A stretch of DNA of 64,000 nt, taken from the IMG/VR virus record IMGVR_UViG_3300037067_015211, positions 148,569-212,568 of that record; one strand, given 5' to 3'. The position numbers were made by a program, and so were the translations under genes. The notes under the pieces were generated by a model. It searched no databases. It was not told the DNA's origin and was given only the letters and a program-made list of their open reading frames with translations. This document shows, piece by piece, positions 1-9,255 of this stretch. Source of the stretch: a virus (taxonomy: Duplodnaviria; Caudoviricetes). How positions within the stretch are numbered: position 1 is the stretch's first letter; every line of letters begins with the position of its first letter.

Positions 1-40
1 GCCTATCAAAATCATTGATCGGATTGTTTTTTTTGAACAT

Positions 41-331
41 TTAGTTTTCCAAAGCCATTACCAAAATGGCCTCAACCTTTTTTTGCAAATTCTCATAACT
101 ACTAGAAATATAATACGCCACAGTATAAATATCTCTGGCCAAATTAATTTGGCTATTATCTGGCCGTTCGCCGTCTTTCAAGGTTAGTGCATTTTCTAAA
201 ACCTTTACAGAACTTTGAAAAATCGGGCTATCTACCAATGCAGAACAATTACCACGAGACTTAAAAATCTCCAATGCCAAATTCACCTGATACGTGTCCA
301 CGGACTTCACAAACTTTGTTTCTTCTGACAT
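41..331 (-). CDS. hypothetical protein
   Basis: 96-aa ORF, AGAAAGGA RBS upstream, own sigma70-like promoter at 388-416. Confidence 0.7.
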   Translation of the reverse strand: MSEETKFVKSVDTYQVNLALEIFKSRGNCSALVDSPIFQSSVKVLENALTLKDGERPDNSQINLARDIYTVAYYISSSYENLQKKVEAILVMALEN

Positions 332-387
332 TTTTATTTCCTTTCTAAAAGTTGTTTAATTGATTTTTCCTATGTTTTTTTTCATTT

Positions 388-416
388 ATTTTACCATAAA
401 TAATTTGCCAAGTCAA
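388..416 (-). promoter_or_regulatory. sigma70-like promoter
   Basis: TTGACT-N17-TAAAAT with extended -10 TG. Confidence 0.65.
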
Positions 417-418
417 GA

Positions 419-1792
419 TTAAAATTCATTTCCTGCGCCTTGAAAGGTAGATTTTTCTTCTTCCTCTCCCCCGTCGTCCTGTGATACAAACTCTCCTACG
501 CTCAACTTAGGGCCGTTAAACTCATACTTAAAAATCAAATTTGGTATACCCCGTCTCTGCTTCAAGATACTCATCTCTATCGTATCGTTCAACACAGCGG
601 GGTTAAATATCTTTGGCCTAAACAATCCAATCACTAGGTCGGCGACCTCCGCATATTTACCGCTATTCTTCAAATATTCTAGCTGGGGCTTCTTGGCCTT
701 ACCCTTAATGTTTCTGGTATCTTTCCTATTCAACTGGGCAGTTATGGCAATGTGCGTATCAAACTCCTTTGCCATATCCTGCAATATATCCAAATTCATG
801 GATATATTTTTCTGGTCCAAATCCCTTCTTACTTCTTTCAGCTTTTCAAACAAATCCACCACAACAAAATCATAATGATTTTTACTCAATATCGTCCGCA
901 AATCCCCTATTCCAAACCCCGGCCTGTCTACCAAAAATAATTTGTCGTTCTGTAATAGCTTGGCGACATTCCGATACACTTGTATTTTTCTTTCATGAGA
1001 AAGGTTTTTAAAATCCTTAATAACACTCTCGGCCAACATCTCACACTCAAGACATGCCATACTATCTAGGGCGGTTATCCTGTCCGTCTCTAGCACACAA
1101 AACAATATCGACATGTCATTTCTGCGCAACATCCTAACAACCATGTTCGTGAGCAGAGTAGTTTTACCACAGCCTGAAAATCCAGCCCATACCGATATCT
1201 TCCTTGGTGCAACACCCTCCGTTAAATTCTCGTCCAATTCATAAAACCCGGTGGAATAAAATTTACGATTTCCCCTCTCCTTCAAATCTTTGTACCAATC
1301 CAATAGGGCCGCTTTAGAGTCAATTACACACTCTACTCCAGATTTTTCCAACAACTTATTAGACATCTTGGAAAGTTTTTCGGAGATAATCCGAATATCT
1401 TCCCCGTTGGCCAAAATTTGCTCTACTTCAGTTACTTCCCGTTCGTACATGTGCGCACGTATCGAATCCTCTTTCAAATCCTTTACATGCTTATCCATGT
1501 TCTCGTTATTCGGCACGTAATGAGATTCTATCTCTCGTAAAAATGCTATCCCTCCGTAATCATTTTCGGAAAAATGCAAATTATTTGCAGTCGTGTAAAA
1601 AGTATCTTCATTGTATTCTAAACCCTCTTCGACCATTTTCTTGATTACACGAAAAAGGTTTTGATGTTTGGGTTTGAAAAAATCGATAACATCCAGTTCA
1701 CAGACAAGTCTTTTTCTTAGTTCCTTGTCCATGAGCATATTGGCAATTACTATTTGTTCGTTGGTCTGGTCGTAATAAATTTCTTTTTCCAT
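419..1792 (-). CDS. dnaB: DnaB-like replicative helicase
   Basis: DnaB N-terminal signature (EQIVIANML, DFFKPKHQNLF), Walker A GFSGCGKTT, VVVDL, AQLNR, LKNSG..AEVADLVIGLFRP, KQRRG. Confidence 0.93.
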   Translation of the reverse strand: MEKEIYYDQTNEQIVIANMLMDKELRKRLVCELDVIDFFKPKHQNLFRVIKKMVEEGLEYNEDTFYTTANNLHFSENDYGGIAFLREIESHYVPNNENMDKHVKDLKEDSIRAHMYEREVTEVEQILANGEDIRIISEKLSKMSNKLLEKSGVECVIDSKAALLDWYKDLKERGNRKFYSTGFYELDENLTEGVAPRKISVWAGFSGCGKTTLLTNMVVRMLRRNDMSILFCVLETDRITALDSMACLECEMLAESVIKDFKNLSHERKIQVYRNVAKLLQNDKLFLVDRPGFGIGDLRTILSKNHYDFVVVDLFEKLKEVRRDLDQKNISMNLDILQDMAKEFDTHIAITAQLNRKDTRNIKGKAKKPQLEYLKNSGKYAEVADLVIGLFRPKIFNPAVLNDTIEMSILKQRRGIPNLIFKYEFNGPKLSVGEFVSQDDGGEEEEKSTFQGAGNEF

Positions 1793-1793
1793 A

Positions 1794-2405
1794 TTACTCG
1801 CTTGTCATCTTAATGAAGATTGAGTTGGAAAGAAGCATCTTTTTAGTCTGCTCGGAAAATACAGGATGGTCAAATACTGTCTTAAAAATATTCATGTCGC
1901 CATCACCAGCGTCTATAACCGTAACCACATTACTATTTTTTCTAAACGTCAAAAGATTTGACATAAGATACACATGATTTTTGTAGTGCAGAGCAAAGTC
2001 AATCAATGAATTCATATACACAAATCTAATTGACTTCATCGTATCGTAATCTGGGTCTCGGTCAAACTTGGGAAACCATATCGGCGAGTCCACCCATTTT
2101 GCAAATGTTTGCACACTATATTCGTCTTCGTCGTACACATTTGCCGAATTTACGAAAAAGGTATTAAGCAAATAACAAACAATATCGTACTTCCATTGAA
2201 TGTCGTTAGAGTCCAAGGCAACAAATATATTTTGCTTTTTCTTGAGCGCATCGATAGCTTCTAACATTGTCTGGGGGATTTCATCGTATCTGTCCAAAAA
2301 TACTTGTTTATTTATCACAGTTCCGTTTAGGGGAAAACCTGCGATTTCGTATTGTTGGGACAAATATAATTTGTAGCTTTTTTCTATATCTTCATTCATC
2401 GTCAT
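1794..2405 (-). CDS. putative degenerate DnaC/IstB-like helicase loader
   Basis: Immediately upstream of dnaB; LMSNLLTFRKNSNVVTVID resembles the DnaC C-terminal segment; no intact Walker A/B. Confidence 0.4.
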   Translation of the reverse strand: MTMNEDIEKSYKLYLSQQYEIAGFPLNGTVINKQVFLDRYDEIPQTMLEAIDALKKKQNIFVALDSNDIQWKYDIVCYLLNTFFVNSANVYDEDEYSVQTFAKWVDSPIWFPKFDRDPDYDTMKSIRFVYMNSLIDFALHYKNHVYLMSNLLTFRKNSNVVTVIDAGDGDMNIFKTVFDHPVFSEQTKKMLLSNSIFIKMTSE

Positions 2406-2544
2406 CGACTGTCTTATCCCAAGAAATTTTTGTTTCTATTTTTTCTTCTTCCAATAAGAAAATACAATCTCTTAAAAACATTAAATCCAAAATAGTTTTA
2501 TTGTCTTTTAAAAATTTCAAAAATTTTTCTTCAGTCGTCGTCAT
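2392..2544 (-). CDS. small hypothetical protein (50 aa, not in ORF track)
   Basis: MTTTEEKFLKFLKDNK...DDDE*, fills the gap and overlaps both neighbours. Confidence 0.55.
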   Translation of the reverse strand: MTTTEEKFLKFLKDNKTILDLMFLRDCIFLLEEEKIETKISWDKTVDDDE

Positions 2545-2809
2545 TCAAGTTATCCCAAGCGGTTTTAATAACGACTTTGTACGGATTTTCTCCGCGATTT
2601 ACAATTTCGGTTAGTTTTTCTCCATCCCCCATAGCCTGATCCAATTCGATTTCATCTACCATTCCATGCCTTACAGCCCATTGTAGGGCACCGTATTTTC
2701 TTTGTACATCACCTAGATCGATTCCAAAATCGACACATGTTGCAAGACCGGGCATGATATCCAGTGCAATACAATCCAACAAATCTTTTGTATTGGGCCT
2801 GATATTCAT
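2531..2809 (-). CDS. hypothetical protein
   Basis: 92-aa ORF in tight operon, AAGGA RBS. Confidence 0.7.
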   Translation of the reverse strand: MNIRPNTKDLLDCIALDIMPGLATCVDFGIDLGDVQRKYGALQWAVRHGMVDEIELDQAMGDGEKLTEIVNRGENPYKVVIKTAWDNLNDDD

Positions 2810-2826
2810 TTTCCAACATCCTTTAC

Positions 2827-3219
2827 TTAATTAACCATTCTTGGATTGAAACTATTATTTTTACTTGCCCACTCTTCCAAATCATGCAGAGTTTTCATTG
2901 GTTGTGGAAGCGTATAATATTTCCACCCATCATCAAATACGGCAAGAGACACACCACCGGAAAAAGATAAAGCAATGGCTGGTTTATCATCAAACGTTCC
3001 ACACCAATGTGCAGTTCCAAAAAGTTTACAAATATTTTTCTTTTTATTTTTCACATCCGGAACCTTTATTTCATCCAATTCTTTTTTCAAACCAAGCAAT
3101 GATTTTGCCGAAACAGTTATTTTCTCGCACTCTTCATTTTCGAGATGCAAAATTACACTGTTAACCATTTCGCCACAAAACGGACAACAGTGGTCTTCTG
3201 GTCTTGTATATTCATTCAT
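2827..3219 (-). CDS. putative Zn-finger protein
   Basis: CPFC...H...C near N-terminus; ATGA overlap with upstream gene. Confidence 0.65.
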   Translation of the reverse strand: MNEYTRPEDHCCPFCGEMVNSVILHLENEECEKITVSAKSLLGLKKELDEIKVPDVKNKKKNICKLFGTAHWCGTFDDKPAIALSFSGGVSLAVFDDGWKYYTLPQPMKTLHDLEEWASKNNSFNPRMVN

Positions 3220-4589
3220 GCCTTTTCCTTTCGGATATACTTTTCAATTTCCTCGTCATGCAAATACGTGATCTTCTTTTTCTTCTTACTCGCCTCGGTA
3301 GCCTCATCTATTTCTTTTTGCAAATCGAATTGTTCCTCTTTTTTGTGATTCAAAAATTTGTTTATATTTTCCTCCGAAATTACTTTATCAAATTCCATTC
3401 CGTGTTTTTCGCACCAGTCAATATATTCTTTGGATTTTGTTTTTTTCGTACCAAACTTTTTGAACGCCCCCTTTCCTTTTGAATGAATCCAACACTTTAG
3501 TTTGAATGCATCCTCAACTGAAAGATGATTCAATTTTACCATAAGATCGTGTTCTTTCCTAAACAATTCCCGATATTTGTAAAAATAATATCCAAGCATT
3601 TCCTTGGCGTTCCACTTTTCGGGTTCAGACAATTTCCACTCATCCCAAGTGATATTTTCCATGTATTCTTTTTGCCGTTGCTGGGCATCGTATTTTTGCC
3701 TTTGTTTTTTATCGTCAGTGGAATAGTTAACCTCGTATTCCTCGTTGTCGATATTTTTATTCCCATCCCCTACCGATTTCCTGTAATCCCGAAATCTTCC
3801 GCCCATATCGGCCTTTCTAAAACCATCTATCAACTCGGCGATAATCAGCTTGTTTTTTAGCTTGTCTTTTTTAGGCAGATAACGCTTTAGATGGTATAAT
3901 CGCTTAAAATCACACGGCACTCCGTCAAACTTATATTTTGAAAGTTTGTCTGAATCCGTCTCTTCCAAACAAAATTTGTCGTTTAAAACAGTAATTTTCA
4001 AAGATTTTTTAGACGTAATATTTTGAAGTGTACCGCGATATGCCGATAAAGCCAGTTGTAAAAAATATCTTTCGTACTTGACGAACACCCCGTACTTACG
4101 GGAAAGTACGAAACAAAGGTCTAAAATTAAAATCGCCGACAACGCGATAGAATGGCCTTCTAACGTCGTTTTAAGATCGGTATATGAAATCCCCCACAAT
4201 TTCAAAAAGAATTGCTCTACGGTCAACTGTGGGTGGTAATTTGCCAATTTCATGGCTTGGTATAATCGCCGTTCGAGATCAATGATTTCGTGGAAATAAA
4301 TGCTCTTACCCTTGGTTTTATCCCAAAATCCTAGTTCAATTCCATTGCCAAATCTACGTAACATGTTTATATTAGCCAAATAATCCAGAGTAGTATAAAT
4401 TGTTTGACGACTAACTGACAAAACATCAGCTAGGTATTTTATCTTCTTCTCCCTAGAAAATATCCTCCCGGTTAGTCCGTCTGTGGAATAAATCGTGTGG
4501 TTAGACAACAAGTGCCCAATGATATCGGCTTCTGCCTTACCACAACAATTTGACAAGAAGAATGATTTTCGAGAAATATTGTTTTTCAT
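3216..4589 (-). CDS. putative replication initiator (winged HTH)
   Basis: HTH-like YLADVLSVSRQTIYTTLDYL; Lys-rich; upstream of loader and dnaB, next to palindrome cluster. Confidence 0.5.
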   Translation of the reverse strand: MKNNISRKSFFLSNCCGKAEADIIGHLLSNHTIYSTDGLTGRIFSREKKIKYLADVLSVSRQTIYTTLDYLANINMLRRFGNGIELGFWDKTKGKSIYFHEIIDLERRLYQAMKLANYHPQLTVEQFFLKLWGISYTDLKTTLEGHSIALSAILILDLCFVLSRKYGVFVKYERYFLQLALSAYRGTLQNITSKKSLKITVLNDKFCLEETDSDKLSKYKFDGVPCDFKRLYHLKRYLPKKDKLKNKLIIAELIDGFRKADMGGRFRDYRKSVGDGNKNIDNEEYEVNYSTDDKKQRQKYDAQQRQKEYMENITWDEWKLSEPEKWNAKEMLGYYFYKYRELFRKEHDLMVKLNHLSVEDAFKLKCWIHSKGKGAFKKFGTKKTKSKEYIDWCEKHGMEFDKVISEENINKFLNHKKEEQFDLQKEIDEATEASKKKKKITYLHDEEIEKYIRKEKA

Positions 4590-4596
4590 ACAGCCT

Positions 4597-4625
4597 AGTA
4601 TAAGTCAGTTTAAGAATCGAATCAA
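4597..4625 (-). promoter_or_regulatory. sigma70-like promoter, probably leaderless
   Basis: TTGATT-N17-TATACT, ATG 7 nt after -10, no SD. Confidence 0.6.
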
Positions 4626-4745
4626 GTGTTTTCTTATTTTATCTTAGCCCGGGCCGGTTTTATCTTCCGGGGGTTAACTTTTTGTCCCCTTTTCTCGGAA
4701 AAAAGACTCTTTAATAGTGTTTGTCTATTCTAATATAAACTCAAG

Positions 4746-4858
4746 AAGTTCATATATAATATACTATGAACTTTAAACATGGTCAAAGTACTTTGACACT
4801 TTCGACCCTTTTTGTAAGAATGAGTTTACAAAAAGTGTCAAAGTACTTTGACACTTTT
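4746..4858. repeat. palindrome/inverted-repeat cluster, candidate replication origin
   Basis: Perfect 28-bp palindrome AAAAGTGTCAAAGTACTTTGACACTTTT (4831-4858); its 16-bp core recurs at 4782-4797; IRs AAGTTCATA/TATGAACTT and TTTTGTAA/TTACAAAA. Confidence 0.8.
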
Positions 4859-5165
4859 ACAACCCTTTTTTAACAGAAAGATAAGTAACTCTGGCTTCGG
4901 CTACCGCATTTTCGACCAGCATTTTATCTTTATCGGAAAGATCGGCCTCAAACTGGGCGTCGTTATCACCCCAGTAGCAGGATACGTAATCACGACCATT
5001 AAACTCGGGAGTTACAAATCCGTGTCCACAATCTCGGGTAAACCAACGAGAGATTTGAGTGATACCCATGCCCACAAGATGTTCAGCCAGAGCACTAAAA
5101 TCCTGCCCAAACTCCTCATAGGTGCCGTTTTCGCCCAGCCTAATCCAAATATATTTGTTGCTCAT
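4857..5165 (-). CDS. hypothetical protein
   Basis: 102-aa ORF, ATGA coupling. Confidence 0.7.
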   Translation of the reverse strand: MSNKYIWIRLGENGTYEEFGQDFSALAEHLVGMGITQISRWFTRDCGHGFVTPEFNGRDYVSCYWGDNDAQFEADLSDKDKMLVENAVAEARVTYLSVKKGL

Positions 5166-5524
5166 GATCCAATTTCCTTTTTAAAATGTTGGTTAAAAAT
5201 CCGATATGTTTTGTCCGAGTCGAGCAACCTATCCAATTCGCCGTGAAAGCATTGTGCTCGCACACCGTATGGGGTCAGATAATTGTCTCTCCAATATTCC
5301 ATAAACTGTACGCGGTTTAGGCTGTCCGGTTCACTCAAAACTTCAATTACAGCATCATCGCCAAACTCATTGAGTAGTTGCAACACCTTAAAAGAAAGGT
5401 TTCTATTAGCCATATATTTTTTATTTTCTTTCGGACGTTCTTTCAAATAATTATCACAATCTTTGCAACGATGATTTGAAAGAGGTTTAATTTCGGCGGC
5501 AATGCCGCATTTTTCGCAAATCAT
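5162..5524 (-). CDS. hypothetical Zn-ribbon protein
   Basis: Likely start MICEKC with GGAGG RBS; CxxC...CxxC. Confidence 0.65.
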   Translation of the reverse strand: MICEKCGIAAEIKPLSNHRCKDCDNYLKERPKENKKYMANRNLSFKVLQLLNEFGDDAVIEVLSEPDSLNRVQFMEYWRDNYLTPYGVRAQCFHGELDRLLDSDKTYRIFNQHFKKEIGS

Positions 5525-5526
5525 TG

Positions 5527-5616
5527 TCAGCACCCTCCAAGCATACAAAGAATGACATAAATCACAATCCAGACCAACACGTTAGAGCAACCATTACCAT
5601 TTGCATTTTCAGACAT
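5527..5616 (-). CDS. small membrane peptide (29 aa)
   Basis: MSENANGNGCSNVLVWIVIYVILCMLGGC*, AAGGAG RBS, fills gap. Confidence 0.5.
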   Translation of the reverse strand: MSENANGNGCSNVLVWIVIYVILCMLGGC

Positions 5617-5920
5617 TTTGTTCTCCTTCCCAAGTAAAAGGTGCATCAGTTTCACACTTAAACGCATATTCTTCACTCTTGGGATAATCATCATCCCAAT
5701 AACACACTACCTCATAATACCCATAAACAGAAAAGTCATGAGCAAATTGTTTGACGGCCAGTTCAGCCCCCTTTGGTTCTGGGCCTACGGTTTCTCGGAT
5801 CAACTCAATAAATCGTTTGCATTCTAGGGGTACCCGTTCGTAGTAATCGGCATCGCCAACCTGAGCACAATCTTCATCAGCCGGGACAGGCCCGAGACAT
5901 ACATAATCGTATCTGTTCAT
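5609..5920 (-). CDS. hypothetical phage protein
   Basis: 103-aa ORF, AAGGAG RBS. Confidence 0.75.
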   Translation of the reverse strand: MNRYDYVCLGPVPADEDCAQVGDADYYERVPLECKRFIELIRETVGPEPKGAELAVKQFAHDFSVYGYYEVVCYWDDDYPKSEEYAFKCETDAPFTWEGEQNV

Positions 5921-6057
5921 GATTTAATCTCCTTACACGAATCGAGATATTCTTTAGAAAATGGCCAAACAGGACTAAACTTAGGATATTTCTGTTCATA
6001 TTTCCTTGCACACTCATAACAAGGGAACTCCCAATATCCATTAAAATCTAGTTCTCC
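5917..6057 (-). pseudogene. 3' remnant of a gene disrupted by IS607
   Basis: Open frame GELDFNGYWEFPCYECARKY...KEIKS* starting at the IS right end and ending in ATGA overlap with next gene; orphan RBS+ATG AAA AGG at 8141-8160. Confidence 0.6.
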
Positions 6058-6200
6058 GTTCCACAAAACTTATAGAAATCTTAGCTTCTTGTTTGTTTCC
6101 TGCTTCTCAGAGACAACTTGCTTAGACTCTTTCAAACCTAAGTATTGGTTATTCTCTCCACAGGCTTTAATTCCCGTAGAACTTACGGTACTGTATTTTT
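6056..6200 (-). ncRNA. predicted TnpB omegaRNA scaffold overlapping tnpB 3' end
   Basis: CCGTAAGTTCTACGG hairpin, GCCTGTGGAG...GAAGCAGGAA blocks, ends at IS right end; boundaries approximate. Confidence 0.6.
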
Positions 6201-7284
6201 CTAGGTTAATAGCCGCGCTTAAATCCCGGTCTATTTCTAATCCACACGATTCACACTTGTAGATTCTATCAGCTAGTGTTAGCCCCTTTTTTATATTGCC
6301 ACATCTGCTACACTTCTTGCTAGATGGATAGAATCTATCTACTACGACAATCTTACAATTATACCACTCAGCCTTGTATTCAAGCTGTCTCCTAAATTCA
6401 GCCCACCCCACATCAGAAATAGCCTGAGCTAGGCAGTGGTTTTTCATCATATTAGAAGGAGATAAATCTTCTATGACAACTCTTGACTTGGTTTTCGTCA
6501 AATATGTTGTTAGTTTATGAAGAGTATCTTTTCTAATACACGATATCTTATAGTGTAACTTGGCCAATCGTTTTCTAAATTTTTCTTTATTCTTGCTTCC
6601 TTTCTGTTTCTTACTATGTTTTTTTTGCAGTCTCTTTAGCTTTTTCAAATTCTTTTTAAGAGGTCTAGGATTTTCCACCACCACGCCGTCTGAACAAACC
6701 GCTAGTTCTTTTAACCCCAAGTCAACTCCTACTGTGCCTTCTCTTGATTTAAAAGAAATTCTCTTGGATATATCGAACGAAATTGCAATAAACCACCTAC
6801 CAGCCCTTTCTGATATAGTGGCTTGGGTTATTCTTAGATTAGTTGGTATGTATGACTTTTCTTTTAATCTTACTCTGCCAATTCTAGGTAGCTGAATATA
6901 CTTGTTATAGGCATATATTGAACCATCTAGTGTAAAACTTCCTAGTGCATTTTTCCGAGATTTAAATCTCGGAAAGCCCTTTTTACCCTTCTTTTTCTTC
7001 TTACAATTTCTAAAGAAATTCTTATAGGCTTTTTCAAGATTTATTAAAGCAATTTGAGGGGCACATTTTGAAGCTTCATACATCCACGGAAAGTCTGTTT
7101 TCTTAAGTTTAACTAACTCTTTATGTAGATCATAGGCAGTTAGAAACTTATTGCCATTCTTTTTATTTTCTACTTGTCTACCTAATCCCCAATTGTAAGC
7201 AAACCTAGCTATCCCACTGTGCTTGACCAGAAGTGTTCTTTGCTTATTGTTAGGCTTTAGCTCTATCTTAAAACTTTTTCTCAT
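6070..7284 (-). CDS. tnpB: RNA-guided endonuclease TnpB
   Basis: N-terminal HTH (RFAYNWGL), RuvC GVDLG / VIEDL / DRD, Zn finger CSRC..CESC. Confidence 0.95.
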   Translation of the reverse strand: MRKSFKIELKPNNKQRTLLVKHSGIARFAYNWGLGRQVENKKNGNKFLTAYDLHKELVKLKKTDFPWMYEASKCAPQIALINLEKAYKNFFRNCKKKKKGKKGFPRFKSRKNALGSFTLDGSIYAYNKYIQLPRIGRVRLKEKSYIPTNLRITQATISERAGRWFIAISFDISKRISFKSREGTVGVDLGLKELAVCSDGVVVENPRPLKKNLKKLKRLQKKHSKKQKGSKNKEKFRKRLAKLHYKISCIRKDTLHKLTTYLTKTKSRVVIEDLSPSNMMKNHCLAQAISDVGWAEFRRQLEYKAEWYNCKIVVVDRFYPSSKKCSRCGNIKKGLTLADRIYKCESCGLEIDRDLSAAINLEKYSTVSSTGIKACGENNQYLGLKESKQVVSEKQETNKKLRFL

Positions 7285-7892
7285 GTTTTGGCTTTTCGCC
7301 TATTTTCTGCACCACGTCTTCCATATATTCTAGCCGAAAATGATGTCATTAATGAAATCATATCTTGTGTCAATTCCTCTTCATACGATTTAGGGAAAGT
7401 CTCTTCTACAATTTCCACAACCACACCGTATGAATTAAAGAAAAATTCAAATATTTTGAACATAAATCTACATAGCCTATCTTTGTGTTCTATAACAACT
7501 CTATTTATCTTTTTATCAATAATAAGAAAAAAAAGTTTATTTAGTTTTGGTCTAACATCCAACATACCAGAAGATATTTCTTCCAAAATATATTCAACTT
7601 GATATTTATTCTTAATACAATATTCAAAAATTCTTGCTTTTTGTCTATCTAGGTCGCCCTTTTGTTTTTGGTCATGACTAGACACACGACAATAAATTGC
7701 CGTGAGGTTATTTTCTGTTTTATCTAATTGTTTTTCTCCACAAAAATTTGCTAAATCGTCGATCTTAAAGCGTCTATGTCCGCCGACAGTTCTAATGGAA
7801 AATATTTTATTGGCATTACACCATTCGCGTAATGTAGTTGTGCTAATACCAAGAATTTCTGCTGCTTTTTTTATGTTTATAAGTTTATCCAT
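7281..7892 (-). CDS. tnpA: IS607 transposase (MerR-like HTH + serine recombinase)
   Basis: AAEILGISTTTLREW, RTVGGHRRF, YCRVSS catalytic Ser, EHKDRL. Confidence 0.95.
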   Translation of the reverse strand: MDKLINIKKAAEILGISTTTLREWCNANKIFSIRTVGGHRRFKIDDLANFCGEKQLDKTENNLTAIYCRVSSHDQKQKGDLDRQKARIFEYCIKNKYQVEYILEEISSGMLDVRPKLNKLFFLIIDKKINRVVIEHKDRLCRFMFKIFEFFFNSYGVVVEIVEETFPKSYEEELTQDMISLMTSFSARIYGRRGAENRRKAKT

Positions 7893-8037
7893 CTTTTTTA
7901 ACCAACATGTTAAACCACTTGTCGTATATTTCTTGAAATTCTTCTAACGAAGGAATATCTTTTAGTGGTATGGTGTGTTTATAAATATTGCCATCCTCCG
8001 TCTCAAATTCATCTGCTGTAATTCTAACTATTTTCAT
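7885..8037 (-). CDS. small passenger ORF at IS607 left end
   Basis: MKIVRITADEFETEDG...; overlaps tnpA start; inside inferred element; start uncertain. Confidence 0.55.
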   Translation of the reverse strand: MKIVRITADEFETEDGNIYKHTIPLKDIPSLEEFQEIYDKWFNMLVKKDG

Positions 8038-8150
8038 TTTTTTCACATATTCCCTTCTAATACTATAAACACTGATTTTTAGCACAAGTTTCTATAAAAA
8101 TCAATAAATTTTTATAATTTTTTTATCAACTATTCAAAACCCTTTTCATT

Positions 8151-8420
8151 TTATTTCTCCCAAACTGCCCAAATCTGATAACCGCTGCCTTTACCATCCG
8201 TGCTTGTCGAGCCAATGCGCTCACACCGACCTTTACGACATTGCCTGTTTCCATATCGATAACCAGTTATTTCATTTTTGCAACATTCGAGTTTTGCGCC
8301 GGGGTGATTGGACAATACATCAGACAATCGGCTAACTCTATGGTGCCAATTTTCCGTATACCGATATCCATACGGTTGCAACTCGGTCAACATTTTTTTA
8401 GCGATTTCTTTGGTGTTCAT
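8151..8420 (-). CDS. hypothetical protein
   Basis: Start MNTKEI after AAGGA RBS; track ORF extends upstream. Confidence 0.7.
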   Translation of the reverse strand: MNTKEIAKKMLTELQPYGYRYTENWHHRVSRLSDVLSNHPGAKLECCKNEITGYRYGNRQCRKGRCERIGSTSTDGKGSGYQIWAVWEK

Positions 8421-8430
8421 GATTTTTTCC

Positions 8431-8808
8431 TTAACCAACAAGTTCTTTGATACGGTTAATCTTTTTGATTTCATAATTCCTGTGATTAATTATGGCATCT
8501 TTGCTTTGAACGGTCATGGGCCACTTGGTGCAAAAAGAGCCAAATCCACTTGCCCCACAAACCGTGCAACGATAATCACGGCTACACCCAGTGTTTTTAT
8601 TGATGGCAATAATTTCTTCGGCACGGGATTTGGGATTAGCCACACGATAGAGAATATGTGCCATTCTCTCAGGGTCCAAATTAAACAAATGGCAAAAGTG
8701 GGCGGCAAGAATCCTGTGGTCCTGCACAGATTCCAAAACTGCATCACACATGTCCTTAGTAAGTGCTCTTTTGAGATAATTGGCAATTTCTCGTTCTTTT
8801 CTGTTCAT
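8431..8808 (-). CDS. hypothetical protein with CxxC motif
   Basis: 125-aa ORF, AAGGAG RBS. Confidence 0.7.
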   Translation of the reverse strand: MNRKEREIANYLKRALTKDMCDAVLESVQDHRILAAHFCHLFNLDPERMAHILYRVANPKSRAEEIIAINKNTGCSRDYRCTVCGASGFGSFCTKWPMTVQSKDAIINHRNYEIKKINRIKELVG

Positions 8809-8812
8809 GATT

Positions 8813-8998
8813 TTACTCCTTCACCGGCATATTGGTAATCTCAACCGTTTCATTAGTAAACCGACCATCACGGCCATACAATAATACCTGCACAAACGCA
8901 CAACAATCATTGTCTGGCCCCACACGATCCCACGCGCCAACCTCTGCGCGTCCCTCATCAACTTTTTTCATGAGGGTTTTATGCGTCATTCTTTTCAT
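8813..8998 (-). CDS. hypothetical protein
   Basis: 61-aa ORF, AGGGGG RBS. Confidence 0.65.
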   Translation of the reverse strand: MKRMTHKTLMKKVDEGRAEVGAWDRVGPDNDCCAFVQVLLYGRDGRFTNETVEITNMPVKE

Positions 8999-9010
8999 GG
9001 TTTCCCCCTT

Positions 9011-9229
9011 TCAATTGTTGTTGATGTTTTGGTAGTGCTGGGAAATTTCAAATCTCATTGTTTTGGCGGCATCCCAGTTGTTTAGAATTGCATAAGGAAG
9101 CCCAACCACATTGTTTACAACCACAAATCTTCCATCAGTGGTGGTTTCAATAGAGGCATAAGGGGATTCTTGATAATAGACCTTTTTTACTGCATAACCA
9201 ACTTCAACCTCTTCAAATCCTACTCTCAT
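9011..9229 (-). CDS. hypothetical protein
   Basis: 72-aa ORF, AAGGAG RBS, first gene after promoter 9256-9283. Confidence 0.65.
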   Translation of the reverse strand: MRVGFEEVEVGYAVKKVYYQESPYASIETTTDGRFVVVNNVVGLPYAILNNWDAAKTMRFEISQHYQNINNN

Positions 9230-9255
9230 GATCTTCTCCTTTCACAGTTATTGAG

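Larger units (their letters stand above)
6056..8142 (-). mobile_element. IS607-family insertion sequence
   Basis: Serine-recombinase tnpA + tnpB in tandem; GG dinucleotide at both inferred ends; AT-rich left end; right end ...TAAGTTTTGTGGAACGG. Confidence 0.88.

Noticed and set aside
6056-8142. IStron (group I intron fused to IS607)
   Set aside because: Only about 250 bp precede tnpA, AT-rich and occupied by an ORF; no ribozyme core recognisable.
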